DNA of 64,000 nucleotides, taken from the NCBI GenBank assembly GCA_965233585.1, contig CBDDTI010000615.1:2936-66935 (forward strand), written 5' to 3'. How positions within the stretch are numbered: position 1 is the first letter of the stretch; the number at the start of each line of letters is the position of its first letter. Source of the DNA: a bacterium (GTDB taxonomy: Bacteria; SAR324; NAC60-12). The translations under genes were made by a program, and so were the position numbers. The notes below the pieces were generated by a model. The model saw only the letters and a list, made by a program, of their open reading frames with translations. It was not told the origin of the DNA and made no database searches. Positions 50,400 through 64,000 of this stretch are shown here, piece by piece.

Positions 50400-53300
50400 C
50401 TTGTGAATGAATTTACATATAAAACATGACAATGTTCATCATTGTCCGTGGCAAAGTGGTAAGTTTCCAGAGGGTACCCAACATCCGAACAGCAAAGGGC
50501 TAAGGTAACTATGCACCGGACCCATGTCTGATGCCTGGGAACGTACAAGCACAACTGGTTCCCCAAACGTTTCAGATCCACCACAATAAATCTCACAATA
50601 TCGACACCACATGGCTAAACTCAAACGCCCTGCCAAAACAAGGTGCAATTTTGATGTCACCCAAACAATGCACTTTTTCTTCCATCTTAACTATACTTAG
50701 ACTTACTTAGACACTCCAAGTGCCCATGAAAAGTGGGAAAAACAAGTGGTGGGTAGATTACCTCGCTTTTCCAGGTGGAAGGCCTAAGTAGCCCTCAAAC
50801 TTTAAACAAAAACAGCATGTTTGGCACCGAAAAATATCGAAAAGTAGAAACCTCCTAGTAGTGATAAACCACGCTTCTATCTGTTTGGGGGATACTATAA
50901 CGGAAACTTAAACCATTCACCAGCATTTCCCCAAGCCAAAAAAACTGGGACCCGTGACGCGAGCATGATGACCAGTGCCCAGTTCAATCGCCTGGGGTGT
51001 GTTTCAGCGGTGATCTCCAAGTCAACTAATCAATGTCAATGATTCAATGGTTTCACCATGGTTCGGACAGGGAGTTGACCACAAAAAATACTGGATTATG
51101 GGATATACACCTAATTTCAATGGATTCGTTTTAGTGTGAAAAATTGAAACCAGAAACTAGCTGGGTTTTAGCATCAAATATTTGCGGGGTTCCCTCAGAC
51201 AGAATTTTCCCATCCTTCATTTGTGGGAAGGATCAAGAACATCCCATGTTGCCGTCTGGGGTAGTTCAACATAATTAGCTGCTAATTAGCTATGGGAAAT
51301 CGCCATGCTTAATGGCCAATCATCCATGCACATGGATGTACAGTAAATGGGCCATGTTCCGTATGTTACAATTTATCGATTTTAAATTACCGGGAGGTAT
51401 CCACAGGAAACCCCCCAAGCAAATTCAAGCGAACGGTTCAGCTTGTGGCCTGGAAACCAAGGCCTTTGGTGGGTCCATGAACAGCCATGATTCTAGACCG
51501 TCATTGATTAGCATCTATCACACCAGCTTAGCTAATTGCATATATATAAACTATAATCAACTATCATATTGTTTGGAAACTTTGAGTAGCCCCCAGCTAC
51601 TCATTGTATGGGAAATATGGATGCCCATCCCTCCATTCATGACCGGAAATTCTCAGCGCCTGGAAAAGGGCAGTGTGTTTGTTGCCAGGAGATCGGAAAA
51701 GAACGTGCTCAACGCCGTTCTTTCCCAACCTCAGCCACTTGAGATCAAGGCGTGCATGGAACAAGCTTACCCATCGACGCCAGGGCCTTTTTTGAGGTAA
51801 ATGTGAGTCAATCTTCCAACACAAAGGGGAAGGTTTTAATCCCATTTCCCTAAGATCAGAATATACTGAACACCCCCTTTGATGGTCCCAAATAATCAAA
51901 TATGCGTAGATTCTTCACAAAACCATGGTTTCAGAAGGGTGCTTAATATTAGGGGGGAAGAACTGCTAGTGTTGCAACTGGAGTTTTCTTTCTCACCAGC
52001 TGGGATGGGTACCGCCTTCATGATTAAGGCATCAACCCTTGGGGTACCCTGGATTCAATTTGCACTCCAAGACTAATCAAACTGTATTTGTATAAGATCC
52101 AATTCGCCACAACTTAATCATTGCATGCTTTGCCAAGTTGACAAGCTTCAAATGTCAAGGATATCTGACAAGTAGATATTAAGCTTGTAGCACATTCAGC
52201 ACGTCATGTGGTTCTTTACTTGACTGTAAATCATCAGCCTTGGATAATCCAGCACACCGCCAGCTGGTCTTCCATCCGCGCCCAATTCAGAATGGCACAT
52301 GTTCCCCGAGATCAAACGCTTGGGCAAGCAAAAAGGCTTCCCACATAATAAACCATCCATAAACCCATCAATAAACCTGTGCACTTCATGTTGGCATTCG
52401 TGGGTTGTTCTGGAAACGCGACAACTCCTTGGTATTTGTGTTATATATTCACCTTGTTTCTTCTATTGTCTGATGCTCAACATCAAAGTTGACTGATTTT
52501 TTCTTACTGTAACTTTTTCTTGGAGACCCTGTTTCTGTGGTGATATCCGTGTCTTGCATTTGGTTTCCGTTTCTAACCCAAGTAATTAATTGGTGCAAGT
52601 TGGCGCACCAACTCACCATGTCAATTCAAGGCGATTCTTCGGACATCACTGCATTACAGGATCATATTTAATATCTTTTATTGGTTGCTTCCCTTTGGTC
52701 TTATCACACCCGGATACATAGTTGCAAAGCCATCATAATTTTCCATATTGATTGAAGTCAAACATACAAACCTCAAATCATCTTCGAAGGTTCATCCTAC
52801 TTATCATTCTCTAATCCTATTCCCCAACTACATACCCCCGAAACGAAATCCTGATTTAGTCTATTCATGAATTGGGTCCTAAGAATTCGGCGTATCTTCC
52901 CCATTTCTAGTAGCTATGTAGCCATATTTCAGGATGATGGAACCATGTTACCTGTTAGACACACACACACACCATGCTTAATGCTCAAATCCCAATGAAG
53001 CAACATTCTCACATATCCTATCTGTTGTACTTTCATTTCTGTGCCAAGGTTCACGCCTGGAAAATTATCTGATGTATGTGGTGCCACGGGGGCATCCAAC
53101 TAATTCTCAATCATTTTTCATATACATTATCAACATGATCACGAGCCAACATAACAAATAAAACCATTCTTATTATCAATGACCCACTGGAATGTAAACT
53201 CATTGTTGATCATTGTTTTGGTATGATCAACTATCAGCCAAAGCTGTATCATCACTATAGAGATATTAAGAGCATATACTATCATTGTTGGCTGCTATAA

Positions 53301-56300
53301 TGGCAATTGTTGCGATTATCAGTTTTTGGTGACGTGGATCAATACTACCAACCATTTACTGATCAATGAAGTAGGCATACGTATATTTATCATTATAATC
53401 ATCAGTATCGCTATCGTCATCATCATTGGTTAGTATTATTACCTGTTTAGTTCTCAACCACCATGCAGGAAACCGTAGTTCGTTCCATCAAATAGAAGGC
53501 TTTCCCGTGGCTTCTCCCTTCCTCTGGGATGGTACCAACGTGTACCAACATAAAAACCATCCGTCCAAGAGGCTCTCAACGGTCTGGGCAACAAGGTCCG
53601 TGACCTACGGGGCCCGAAACATGTCGATTTCATGGGATTTACAGCTGGTTGGCTGGTTGATGTTAGCCAAGTTGGTTTTGTCCACTACAGTAACATGTCA
53701 ATGTAGTGTTTATGGTAGATACCGAGAAAATACTAAAAAGTGTCAAACTTGTTGATCGGGTGAAACTAAACCAGCACACACACACACACATCACCAGGCG
53801 GCACCAGGGTGCAATGGAAAAGACATGACAGTTTTATAAATGGAGCAATTGCACAATGATTCTTTCAAACATATTCCAATTACCTGTTGGATTTGGAACC
53901 TTGGCCGCCTCCAATGAAATCGCGGGTACTCTGGGGAGTCACATGGCTGGTATTCAGAATGGGGGTGCCAAGCAGCCAAAATGCTTCCCCGATCCTCTGC
54001 CTGAACCCTTCTATACCCTTCTCACATCTGGCGCAAGGTCTCGGATTTGTAGCACACACAAGAATCACTGGGTTGGTTTAAGGGAAAATGGTTCAATGGT
54101 TTCACCATGGTTCGGACAGGGAGTTGACCACAAAAAATACTGGATTATGGGATATACATCTAATTTCAATGGATTCGTTTTAGTGTGAAAAATTGAAACC
54201 AGAAACTAGCTGGGTTTTAGCATCAAATATTTGCGGGGTTCCCTCAGACAGAATTTTCCCATCCTTCATTTGTGGGAAGGATCAAGAACATCCCATGTTG
54301 CCGTCTGGGGTAGTTCAACATAATTAGCTGCTAATTAGCTATGGGAAATCGCCATGCTTAATGGCCAATCATCCATGCACATGGATGTACAGTAAATGGG
54401 CCATGTTCCGTATGTTACAATTTATCGATTTTAAATTACCGGGAGGTATCCACAGGAAACCCCCCAAGCAAATTCAAGCGAACGGTTCAGCTTGTGGCCT
54501 GGAAACCAAGGCCTTTGGTGGGTCCATGAACAGCCATGATTCTAGACCGTCATTGATTAGCATCTATCACACCAGCTTAGCTAATTGCACATATATAAAC
54601 TATAATCAACTATCATATTGTTTGGAAACTTTGAGTAGCCCTCAGCTACTCATTGTATGGGAAATATGGATGCCCATCCCTCCATTCATGACCGGAAATT
54701 CTCAGCTTTGCCTGGAGAATGGCAACGTATTTGTTGCCAGGAGATCGGCAAAGAACGTGCTCAATGCCGTCTTTTCCCAACCTCAGCCACTTGAGATCAA
54801 GGCGTGCATGGAACAAGCTTACCCATCGACGCCAGGGCCTTTTTTGAGGTAAATGTGAGTCAATCTCCCAGCACAAAAGGGAAGGTTTTAATCCCATTTC
54901 CCTAAGATCAGAATATACTGAACACCCCATGTGATGGTCCCAAATAATCAAATATGCGTAGATTCTTCACAAACCCATGGTTTCAGAAGGGTGCTTAATA
55001 TTAGGGGGGCGGCACTGCTAGTGTTGCAACTGGAGTTTTCTTTCACAATTTTTACCTCCCCCCACCGCCACCCCCCTATACGTAGAGTAAGGGGGAGTTC
55101 GGAGGGTGGTACAGGGTGACGTATCTCTTGCGAACTTGCAACCCCTGCTCCCTAAGTGTAAATCTTCCGGGGCACGGTTTTTGACGTAGGAGGGGTTTAA
55201 GATACATATGGGTATGTCTCAAAATACCGTGTCCAACCCGGGAAGTTTGACTAGGGGGTATGATTCGTGGGTATGATTCGGGGTATGATTCGTGGGTATG
55301 ATTCGCGGACCTTGATTTAGTGTTTCCCTACATCCTCCGCGTATGGTTATTTACCCACACTTACCCCGAAAATGTTTCAACTGTTGGCAATTATACCATA
55401 CGTGGAGCGCTTTGGAGCTGGCATGCTGTTGACGCTGTGCGTGCTGCTGTCAGAGTGGTGTGTGCGCTTTGGAGCGGGCATCGTGGTGCCGTTGGAATGC
55501 CGCTGCAAGGTGCTGGTGCAGGGTGTTGCTTGCTGTCAGAGTGGTGTGTACAGTTTGGAGCGATGCGATGCGGGTGCTAGTGAAGGGTGCTGCTGCACGC
55601 TGCAGGGTGCTGTTGTCGGATTTTTCTCAGAAGCAGCAGGAGGCGTAGTGTAGCCCGCGCTGAATGGCTGCAAAGAAAAGAGCTCACAAAACACAGGTTC
55701 TGATCTTGCAAATGTACCAAGGTTCAGAATTGGGAAGTTTGAGGTATGATTCGGGTATGATTCGGGCATGATTCGGGGTATGATTCGGAAACTCATCTTT
55801 TTTTGAATTCAGGAAGCTTTGTTGCTTGAATCTCTTTTTCCCACCGTCAACCTACTACGACTGCTACTTTGTCAATGGCTGCAATGGCTCGACCTGCCAG
55901 ACGACCTTGGACAGGACCTGAATCTGAAAAAACCCAATGCACATCTATGATTTATATCCGCCGGCCTGCCGGGTACCTTTAGCTCAGCTACGCTTAGGCT
56001 CATGTTCCTCTTCGACGGAGTTTTGGTTTGGTTGCCAGCCTGCCAGCCAGCCAGCCGCAGCCAGAGTCATTCATTAGCAACGCAGCAAGCAGCCAGCCAC
56101 GCAGCCAGCCAGCTGCAACTAGCCAGCCCTATACAGTAGTCAGCCACACAACCAGCAGCAGCAACTGAGCCAGCCACCTAGCCAGCTAGCCAGCCAGCCA
56201 GCCACCCAGAGCCAGCCAGCTTAGGAATAATGATGAGACTCTGCGCGCGTAGAGAAGATTCGCCACTCCGTGAAGGTATGTGAAGGTAAACAGGGATCAT

Positions 56301-58000
56301 CGGGTCTGGCCAACACTGGTCAATTAGCTTGTCAGGTCCATTATAACTAGTGAGGCCAATGCAATCCCAAACGATCCCAAAAGAAACATTCATAATCGTG
56401 ATTTTTTGGGGTATGATTCGGGGGTATGATTCGGGGGTATGATTCGGGGTATGATTCGGGGGTATGATTCGCACAAATCGAACTTCCTGCCTTTATTAAA
56501 AACTGCACGCGTTAAAAAAAGACACAGCCATATAGCCTTCCCCATCGGGAAAAAATACGCAGGGTCAAGATTGTTGCTTACATTTTTTTAATGCCCCCCC
56601 TTGTTTACACCCCACGAAAAGGGTGGTGATGGTATATCAATGTTTGACACATCCCTGGAAAATTCTCTGATGATTTTGATGCAAAGAAGCATCTAACTAA
56701 TTCTCAAGCAGTCTAACACATTATCGACACCATCAAGAGACACATTAAGAAATAAAACTAATTTCATTGCCAAGAGCCCGTGGAATATAAAGGTGTTGTC
56801 ATCAACCACTATTTGATATTCTCAATCATTCACCATTGTATATAATAGCACTTTACGCATCAAACTATCTAGGGCATATTTTTAAATTATTGCACGGTAT
56901 GATGGCCATTATTGTTATTGTCAACATTTGTCAACTATGGTGTTGCGGATCAGTCCTACCAACCACTGATGGATAAATTATTTCAATGCCAAAATCAACT
57001 GAGGGAAATCTGCGCACGGAACGATTGTTCTTACCATCAACTAGAAGGTTTCTTTCCTGAAATTTTTCCCTTCAGCAAATTTTGGGACGGTACCAGCATG
57101 TATCAACATTAACCATGATCTAAGCCATATTAGGCTTCTAGGAATAGCTTCACCCTTCCACCGTTGCCGCTTGCACTAGGTCTGTGACCTTTAGGCGCCA
57201 AGAGGCAAAAGGTTCGTTCTTGGCCAAGAAAAGATTACATTTCACTTATTTCACCAGAAAAAATGTGGACCTCATGGGACTTACTGCTGGTGGATGTTAG
57301 CTAAGATGATTTTGTCCACTCACACGTCAATGCTGGGTGTATGGTAGAGACCAAGTTGGATACTAACAGAAAAATATCGAACTAGTTCATGGGGTGAATC
57401 TAAACCAACACACATCACCAAGGGGCGCAAGAATTCAATTGAAAAGTCGATTGAATTGAAATAACAGTTATATGGAGCAATTGTACAATGAGTACTCCTA
57501 GATATTTGAATTACCTATTGGATCCCCCATCGAATTTCAGGGGAGACGTTGTGACCCTAACTCTGTAGGTTACAAACATTATTCACAAGCTTGGGACTAT
57601 AGAATGAGGTTGCTAAACTCCATTTTTCCCGAGCTGGCCTTAGCGACAAAATGCGAATTAATTTTCGACAACCTTGAAAAACGCAAGATCACCCCGCTGG
57701 ACCCGATGAAATATCATACCAGCTGCGCTGGTCCAAAACCCATATCCCTCCATTCGGCGGCAATCAGTTTGGGAAAGAAGGAACACACAAAATGAATGAA
57801 ACCACCGGCTCAACAAATTTGGCCGCAATGACAAGAAAACCCCTCCCCCAAACCTTGTCCCCAGGAAGGGCATCCAAGGCCACCATTCACAGAACAAAGC
57901 GCGCCGACAAAGCAAGCCGCATGGCCTCACTTTGCATGGCGAAACAGGCCAAACACTCGTGTTTGACATGCCTAAATTCTCAATGCGTGACATCTGTATA
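50400..58000 (-). CDS. Part of a many-exon host gene of unknown function; boundaries unresolved
   Basis: Short GC-richer exons bounded by AG|G and GC/GT, e.g. 51660-51729 and 54712-54781 (WE(R/K)TALSTFF(S/A)DLLATNTLPFS); paralogous VTDLV mini-exons near 53575-53604 and 57155-57188. Confidence 0.5.
51043..55044. repeat. Direct repeat of about 950 bp (51043-51992 and 54092-55044)
   Basis: Near-identical copies 3049 bp apart. Confidence 0.95.
55050..56620. mobile_element. Probable intronic repetitive insertion with (GGGTATGATTC)n blocks and (GCCA)n
   Basis: Blocks at 55257-55305, 55742-55787 and 56409-56472; GCCA repeats at 56033-56220; termini not resolved. Confidence 0.45.
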
Positions 58001-58738
58001 GCCAATAGAACACGCAAACATTCACCCCAAAACGGGATCATCCCTTCATTGGATTGTCAATGATAATAATAATACTTTTGGAAAGCCTATAAACAATCCC
58101 AGCAGCAGCAATATTCAACAACTATTTCCTCATGCTTAGACTTCCAAGTTACCCAAGAAAATCGGTACAGTATATTATTTTTGTTCCAGCTACTTGGAGG
58201 ATCTAGGTCAACCACTGGCTTCAAGAATCCATCCAACGAGAAATATATCTGCCATAAACGCAACAGTTGTATTGGTTGAATGGCTTGAAAAACTCAACCT
58301 AAAATAAGGACATTTTGGGGTGATTCCCCTGCTCAGCATATTCTAGGGTCAAGTCGCGGTGACATCGTTACACAGAAATTCAGCCAGAACTTATATCAAT
58401 GGCCATTTTAGGTACCTAAACTGGAGGTACTGTTGCGTATAAACAATATTTTGGGAACAAATGCTCTCGCATAGGCCTTGGATAGGCCTTATAGACGGTA
58501 GGTACCTCCAAGTTAGGTTCCTGAAATGGGTATGTTTGAATGATTCCAGGTATTTGGAAGGTGTATATAAGTCAACTGGCCACTGGGTTTGTTAATCATT
58601 CTAACGATAGATACATCTGTTTTCAATGTGTAAATAAATAAATATTGATTTATATATATATATATACATATACTATATACAAATGCCACAAAACTACACT
58701 TGCACTAGTAACCTGAAACGAATACAGTAACAGGAATA

Positions 58739-61377
58739 CTGCGCCAAACCCCCTTTAAAACTTAGGTTCTATCCAGTTATAACTAGGTTCACAGCTCAGC
58801 TAAGATACAATCGTAGCTCCATAACCTGTGTTTTAAAGTTATGATACTTATCATCCGACTTTATGATGATTAAGTTGGATTATGTTATTTATGATGTTTA
58901 CTAAAAATGTCTAACTTTAGCATAATCAACATAAGTCAACATAAGTCAACATAAATCAAGATAAGTTTTCTATACATTTTATTTAGATTGCCAAGCATGG
59001 ACATTTGATCAGTTAAAGACAAGTGGCAAAAAAATACGCCTGCTCATATCTTTTTTAATTTCTTCGTTTGTATTTTCTGTGAAATGATAGGGAAATTGTA
59101 TTTAGCAACTATGTTTTAATATGAAAAACATATTTATATATATTTATAAAAAGATGCCAATGAAAAAACGTATTCAATATTTCATGTGCCAACCTGAAAA
59201 TTAAAGCTGTCATAGTATTTTTCAAAAACATGCAAAAACAAATTTAAAATAAATAAATATAGCAATACATAAAAATCAAGGTTTAATACAAATTTTAAAA
59301 CAACAACATTCGTTTTGAAATTAAATTTCAAAATAATATTTATTTAGAATTATCTTACAACAAACGTCAATAACAAATTGAACAATTTAGTTTGGAGGAG
59401 AACATTTCATATGTCATGATACGTTTTCTGAAGGAACAAATTGAATTTAGCAAAGAAACATGTTTCATATTTTAAAAAGGATAAAAAACACTAAAACAAA
59501 AAACAACAACAATTACAAAAAAAGAGCAGGACAATGTGGGAGTGCACGGCTTTATTGGTTTTTCAAAACTGTAATCACATTAAAGCTTAAGCCGCAGATG
59601 AAGCTATGTTCATGTCCACTAGAGAGCATATATTGCTTGAAGAAGTGTCCAGGTGCTCACTCTACCTTAGATAAATGCTACTACAGGGTCCCTTCAACAA
59701 GCCACAATTTCTGCAGCATATGCTAGATGACTTCAACATTATTACAGCATCCCCATGCCTGCCAACAAATGCAGTATTAAAAACAAACATACCCTTCTGT
59801 TTATTGTTTTTTTTTTAAAACTGTAATCACATTAAAGCTTAAGCTACAGATAAAGCTGGAATTGGTATTGGAATTGGTATGGGAGGCGCTGCAAAGTTGG
59901 TTGGAGAGCGCCACCGTGGGCAGCGGGGAGGGGCTGCCCAACTACATGTTAATTCATTTTAACATTTGATAAGATGGATACAAAACCTAAAAGAATAATG
60001 TTTGAAGTATGTTTTCGTTATAAACTATTTTTCTTACTGCGAAATGATAGGTAAATTACATTTAACAACTAACTTTTAATAATAAAATATGTACAAAAAT
60101 GATGCTAATGAAAAAAGGTATTCAATATTTCATATGCTAACCTGAAAATTCAAGCTGTAATAGTATTTTAAAAAAAAAATATTAAAAAAACAAACTTGAA
60201 ATTAATAAATATAGCAATACATAAAAATCAAGGTTCAATACATTTTTTAAAACAACACAATTTGATTTTAAATAATATTGCAAAAATATGTTTCTTTAAA
60301 ATTACACTGTAAAAACAAACATCAATGACAAATTGAATAACTCAGTTATGGTTAGAAAATTTCATGTCATGAGACAAAACCTTATGAAATAACAAGTTGA
60401 TGTTTTATTTTTGAAAAAATATTTTCATAACAAATAAATATAAATACCAAAAAATCACAAAAAGTACAAAAAACAACACAGAAACAATTATATTAAAATG
60501 ACAAAATATAAAATATAGAAAAATCTATTTCATAATATGAAAAAATAATTTCAATTAAAACAAAAAAAACAAATCAGAAAAAAACATGAACATGTCAGAT
60601 TTTCACAAAAAAAAAAACTTTAAAAACATAAAAACAAATCTGAACATTTCAGATTTTCAGAAAAATCTGAAAAATTCAGAAAAAAACTGAAAATTTCACA
60701 TTTTCAGAAAAAATCTGAAAAAAATCAGATTTTCAGAAAAAATCTGAAAAAATTAGAAAAAAATCTGAAAAAATCAATTAAAAAAAAAAAAAAAAAATCT
60801 GAAAAATTCTGAAAATTTCAGATTTTCAGAAAAGATCAGAAAAAATCAGAAAAATTCTGAATTTTTTGGATTTTCAGAAAAAATCTGAAAAATTCAGAGA
60901 AATTCTGAAATTTTCAGATTTTCAGAAAAAATCTGAAAAAAATCAAAAATGTGAAAATTTCAGATTTTCAGAGAAAATCTGAAAACATCAGTAAAAATAT
61001 GAAAATCTTATTTTTTTAAATAATTCAGAAAAATATAAATATATAATGTTCATAAATAAATCAAATTTACCAAAAAATGAAAAACTATGTTAATGCAAGT
61101 GAATATTGAAAATAAAATATTTTTCAAACATACTAAAAATTATATTAAATCACTGAAAAATGCAATTACAAAAAAGTTAATATAGTATTACCATTGTATC
61201 TGCAATATGGACATAAAGCAATTTTCATCGTATGATTTTTCTCGACAACATTTTCTTGAATGCGTATTGATAAATAACATATATATATATATATTTCATT
61301 TTTCTAAAATTGCAACATGAAACAATATATGTTTTGTTTGCTAATATTTTACTTCAATATAATGTATTTTGAAATAT
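58739..61377. mobile_element. Second, truncated, inverted copy of the TA-flanked element
   Basis: Reverse complement of 46250-50141 minus the 1.46-kb insert; starts TA|CTGCGCCAAACCCCCT; expanded TCTGAAAA/TTTTCAGA repeats at 60580-60990. Confidence 0.9.
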
Positions 61378-64000
61378 GACAATGATGGTGTAAAATGATT
61401 TTAACTTGGGTATATTTCATTAGTATAACCTCTAATATGTCCATTTACCCAAAAATCACCAAAACTGATTCGGGCAGAACATTTGCCTGCGGGCTGAAAA
61501 TCTTGCCCGGGCAGGAATTTTAGCCTTAACAGCTTCGGGCTGAAAAAACAGCCTGGGCGAGGATGCAGGTATATATATATATACTGCACGGAACCAATGA
61601 TTAAATACCATGCAGTGCTTGTTAGAATGTATCTGTATATAGTATATTATAGGATGGTTTTTTATGTGGCCTCCTGAACAAACACAAACATTCCGATTCC
61701 CAAACATTTTAAACAAAAAAAATGTGCCAAAAAAGCAAAGGATTGCAACAAATAGGAATTATCCACTTAATGCATGCAGTCGATGGCAGGACATCGCTCA
61801 TATGCTTATTGGTCAGCACCTTGGGAGGAAGTTATCTAGCTGAACAGGTGGTGCGCCAGTTTCTTAGCTAAGTTGGTTGAACTTCTTCCAGTAATATATT
61901 CCAATTATACTCCAATGACTGTTGGGTGTATGGATGGTAGCTCTATCGAACTAGCCCATGAGAGTTTATAAACAAACAAACATAACCTGGGCGATCTTGG
62001 GGGCACCAACTCGCGGAGTATGAATTGAAACGGCACGCCAAGTTCGCATAGGTCTGAGGCTAGAATCCAAAAGAATTCCAAGTTTCAGATTACACAAGTT
62101 GACTTTGAACAAAGATAACGTACCCAGCTGGACTCCTTGCACCACAAAGCCCTTCTGCAAACCTAAACTACCCGAGAAACTGGTGAGTAACCTGGACACA
62201 TGCATACAGCTGCTATGCGTAAAATTCATAACGCAATCAGCTAGCAAGTGACAATGGCAAGGGATAGTCAACACAATCTGAAACATGCAGTCCCTATCGG
62301 TCCCTGTGGTATCTGTTGGATGTGAGACATGGTGCAAATCACCTTCAGCATCCTTAAAAAGGGATAGGGGTTCACACTGAAGATCCCCAAACTCTACCCT
62401 TCAAGCGTCCATGTCATTATCAGTTTCAGGAGCAAAAGGTTTGATCCTCATTGTACCGGTATCCGTGTATAGTATAAGTATCAAACGTGCTTTGCAAATG
62501 ATCTCAGTGAAGAAAACTGGGTCTGTAAATCACCTTCCAAACCAACATTTCTGGTGAGGGTTTGATTTTAAGGGGAAGGGATTATATGTTTGAATATGAA
62601 CCACCCCAAAAAATAAAACCTATCACGCTTTACCATAATTTGCCCTCTGGTAGGCAAACATGGCAATGGGAAATCCTTCAGACACGTGCAAGTAAACGGG
62701 GAAATCATTTACAAACGTTTTTTTCAAATTGCCATGATTGAGTACCACCAAAAACTAGTTTCAAACCACTCACGGTGGAAAATGAATACCGTTGGGCAGT
62801 CTTTGTAAACATTCACCGTACTTACATGGCCAATGGATGGTTTTAAACTACATATGAACAAGTTGTGTTTGCATATTGGTGCGCATTTTTTTTGCCCTTC
62901 CCTTAATTTGTGAACATATTTGTGAAAACAATGTGAAAAAACCATACATCAAGCGGACGGCCTCAAATATTTGCATATATGTTTCAAGAACAACGGGCCA
63001 TGATGATACAAACTCAATTTGATTGGGGGACAATCCCAACCATTTTAGTTCTTCAATGGTATGATTGGAGGAACATGCAATAAGCTTTGTTTCTAGCTTC
63101 GAAAATGTGTCATTATCCGATAAATGATGAAAACTTGCCGACAAAAAAAAGAGAAATAGACATCAAACATGAACGAACCCATGAGCAACGGGTTCAAATA
63201 TTGGGAATTGAATACATTTTTTTCTGGTCATTCCACTGTGTTGGCTAGTTGGTTGTTGGGATAAATTCAAATATATGAGCCGGCATGCATCCTGAAGATT
63301 TCATCAAAAATCCCAAGCCTGAAAAAACAAAAGGCGCGGTTCCGCTGTGCTACTCAACATCTATTGTGAGTTCGCAGTTTACCCACATGCCATCCACCGC
63401 ATTCGGCCCGCAAACGCCCAGGGGAGGAGATACATGAAGAGCACCGTAACCTCCGAGGGCCTCGAGGCAGCCATGTGCTCAGAGCAGCTCAAACACGCAA
63501 AGGTGGAACAAGTCCGGGAACATGCTTTCATTTTTTGGGGGTGGGGATGCTGGATTCTATCTTCTTTAGTTCTTCTGTGGTGAAAAGTGCAAACCCCACA
63601 TCCCTATCAACCAAAAGTTTTCCCGCACATCACCCGGAAAACCAACCCAAACCCAATGACATACTGGTTGGCGGGTTCCAGCCCGGCTAAATGTAGGCTC
63701 GTCCATGGTCCATGGCGATCATCAAAGAAGCGATGGAATTTCAATCCACCAACCACGTGTCATGGGTTTACTGCTCACTTACTCAATAGGATAAACATAA
63801 TTATAGATAACTATATCTGGAATACCCCTCATTATCGCATATGTCCAAATTTACTTGTTTTATTTCCATTTTTAATACTTTCCTGATCTTCGCAGTCCCC
63901 GGCTGAATCAAAAATCTAGCGACCACCAGGAATCCCCCACACTTCGAAGTCTGGCGACGTGAAGTCGCATTGTCGGAAGGTGCACCTTGTAAGCAAGGTC

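Noticed and set aside
51312-51800. 162-aa plus-strand ORF (and 54361-54852)
   Set aside because: The synonymous substitution pattern and splice signals favour short minus-strand exons.
51043-55044. LTR pair of a retroelement
   Set aside because: No TG..CA ends, PBS, PPT or pol; the repeats contain spliceable exons.
46250-61377. One giant foldback or Maverick element with long TIRs
   Set aside because: The TA-flanked termini face inward, the left copy continues to a partner end at 43402, and the interior holds host-like exons with no polB or integrase.
61400-64000. Further host exons (e.g. near 62125-62190 and 63360-63465)
   Set aside because: Exon-like, but frame and boundaries could not be supported by eye.

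Overview
This is eukaryotic DNA, most likely from a Symbiodiniaceae dinoflagellate. That assignment is inferred from GT/GC/GA-AG introns with AG|G acceptors, GTNCCT donors, a copia lineage with a CCCH-type Gag knuckle, and spliced-leader-like GGCTCAAG motifs. Most of the window is a nest of mobile elements. (1) A decayed minus-strand Ty1/copia retrotransposon (about 24208-42629) carries an extra HAD-like ORF between its putative 5' LTR/PBS and gag. (2) An 11.25-kb CMC/CACTA-type DNA transposon (29314-40566; 38-bp TIRs, TG TSD, spliced transposase plus several cargo genes) is inserted into that HAD ORF. (3) The right part of a large unclassified element (1-24207) abuts the copia downstream of integrase. 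It is made of three divergent two-gene cassettes, 23 copies of a roughly 60-bp dyad-symmetric site and a 21-bp satellite, all amplified by nested tandem duplications of about 11.3 kb and 7.7 kb. (4) Two inverted copies of a TA-flanked AT-rich non-autonomous element (43402-50141, 58739-61377) bracket part of a many-exon host gene with an internal duplication. All calls were made by eye and no database searches were run.
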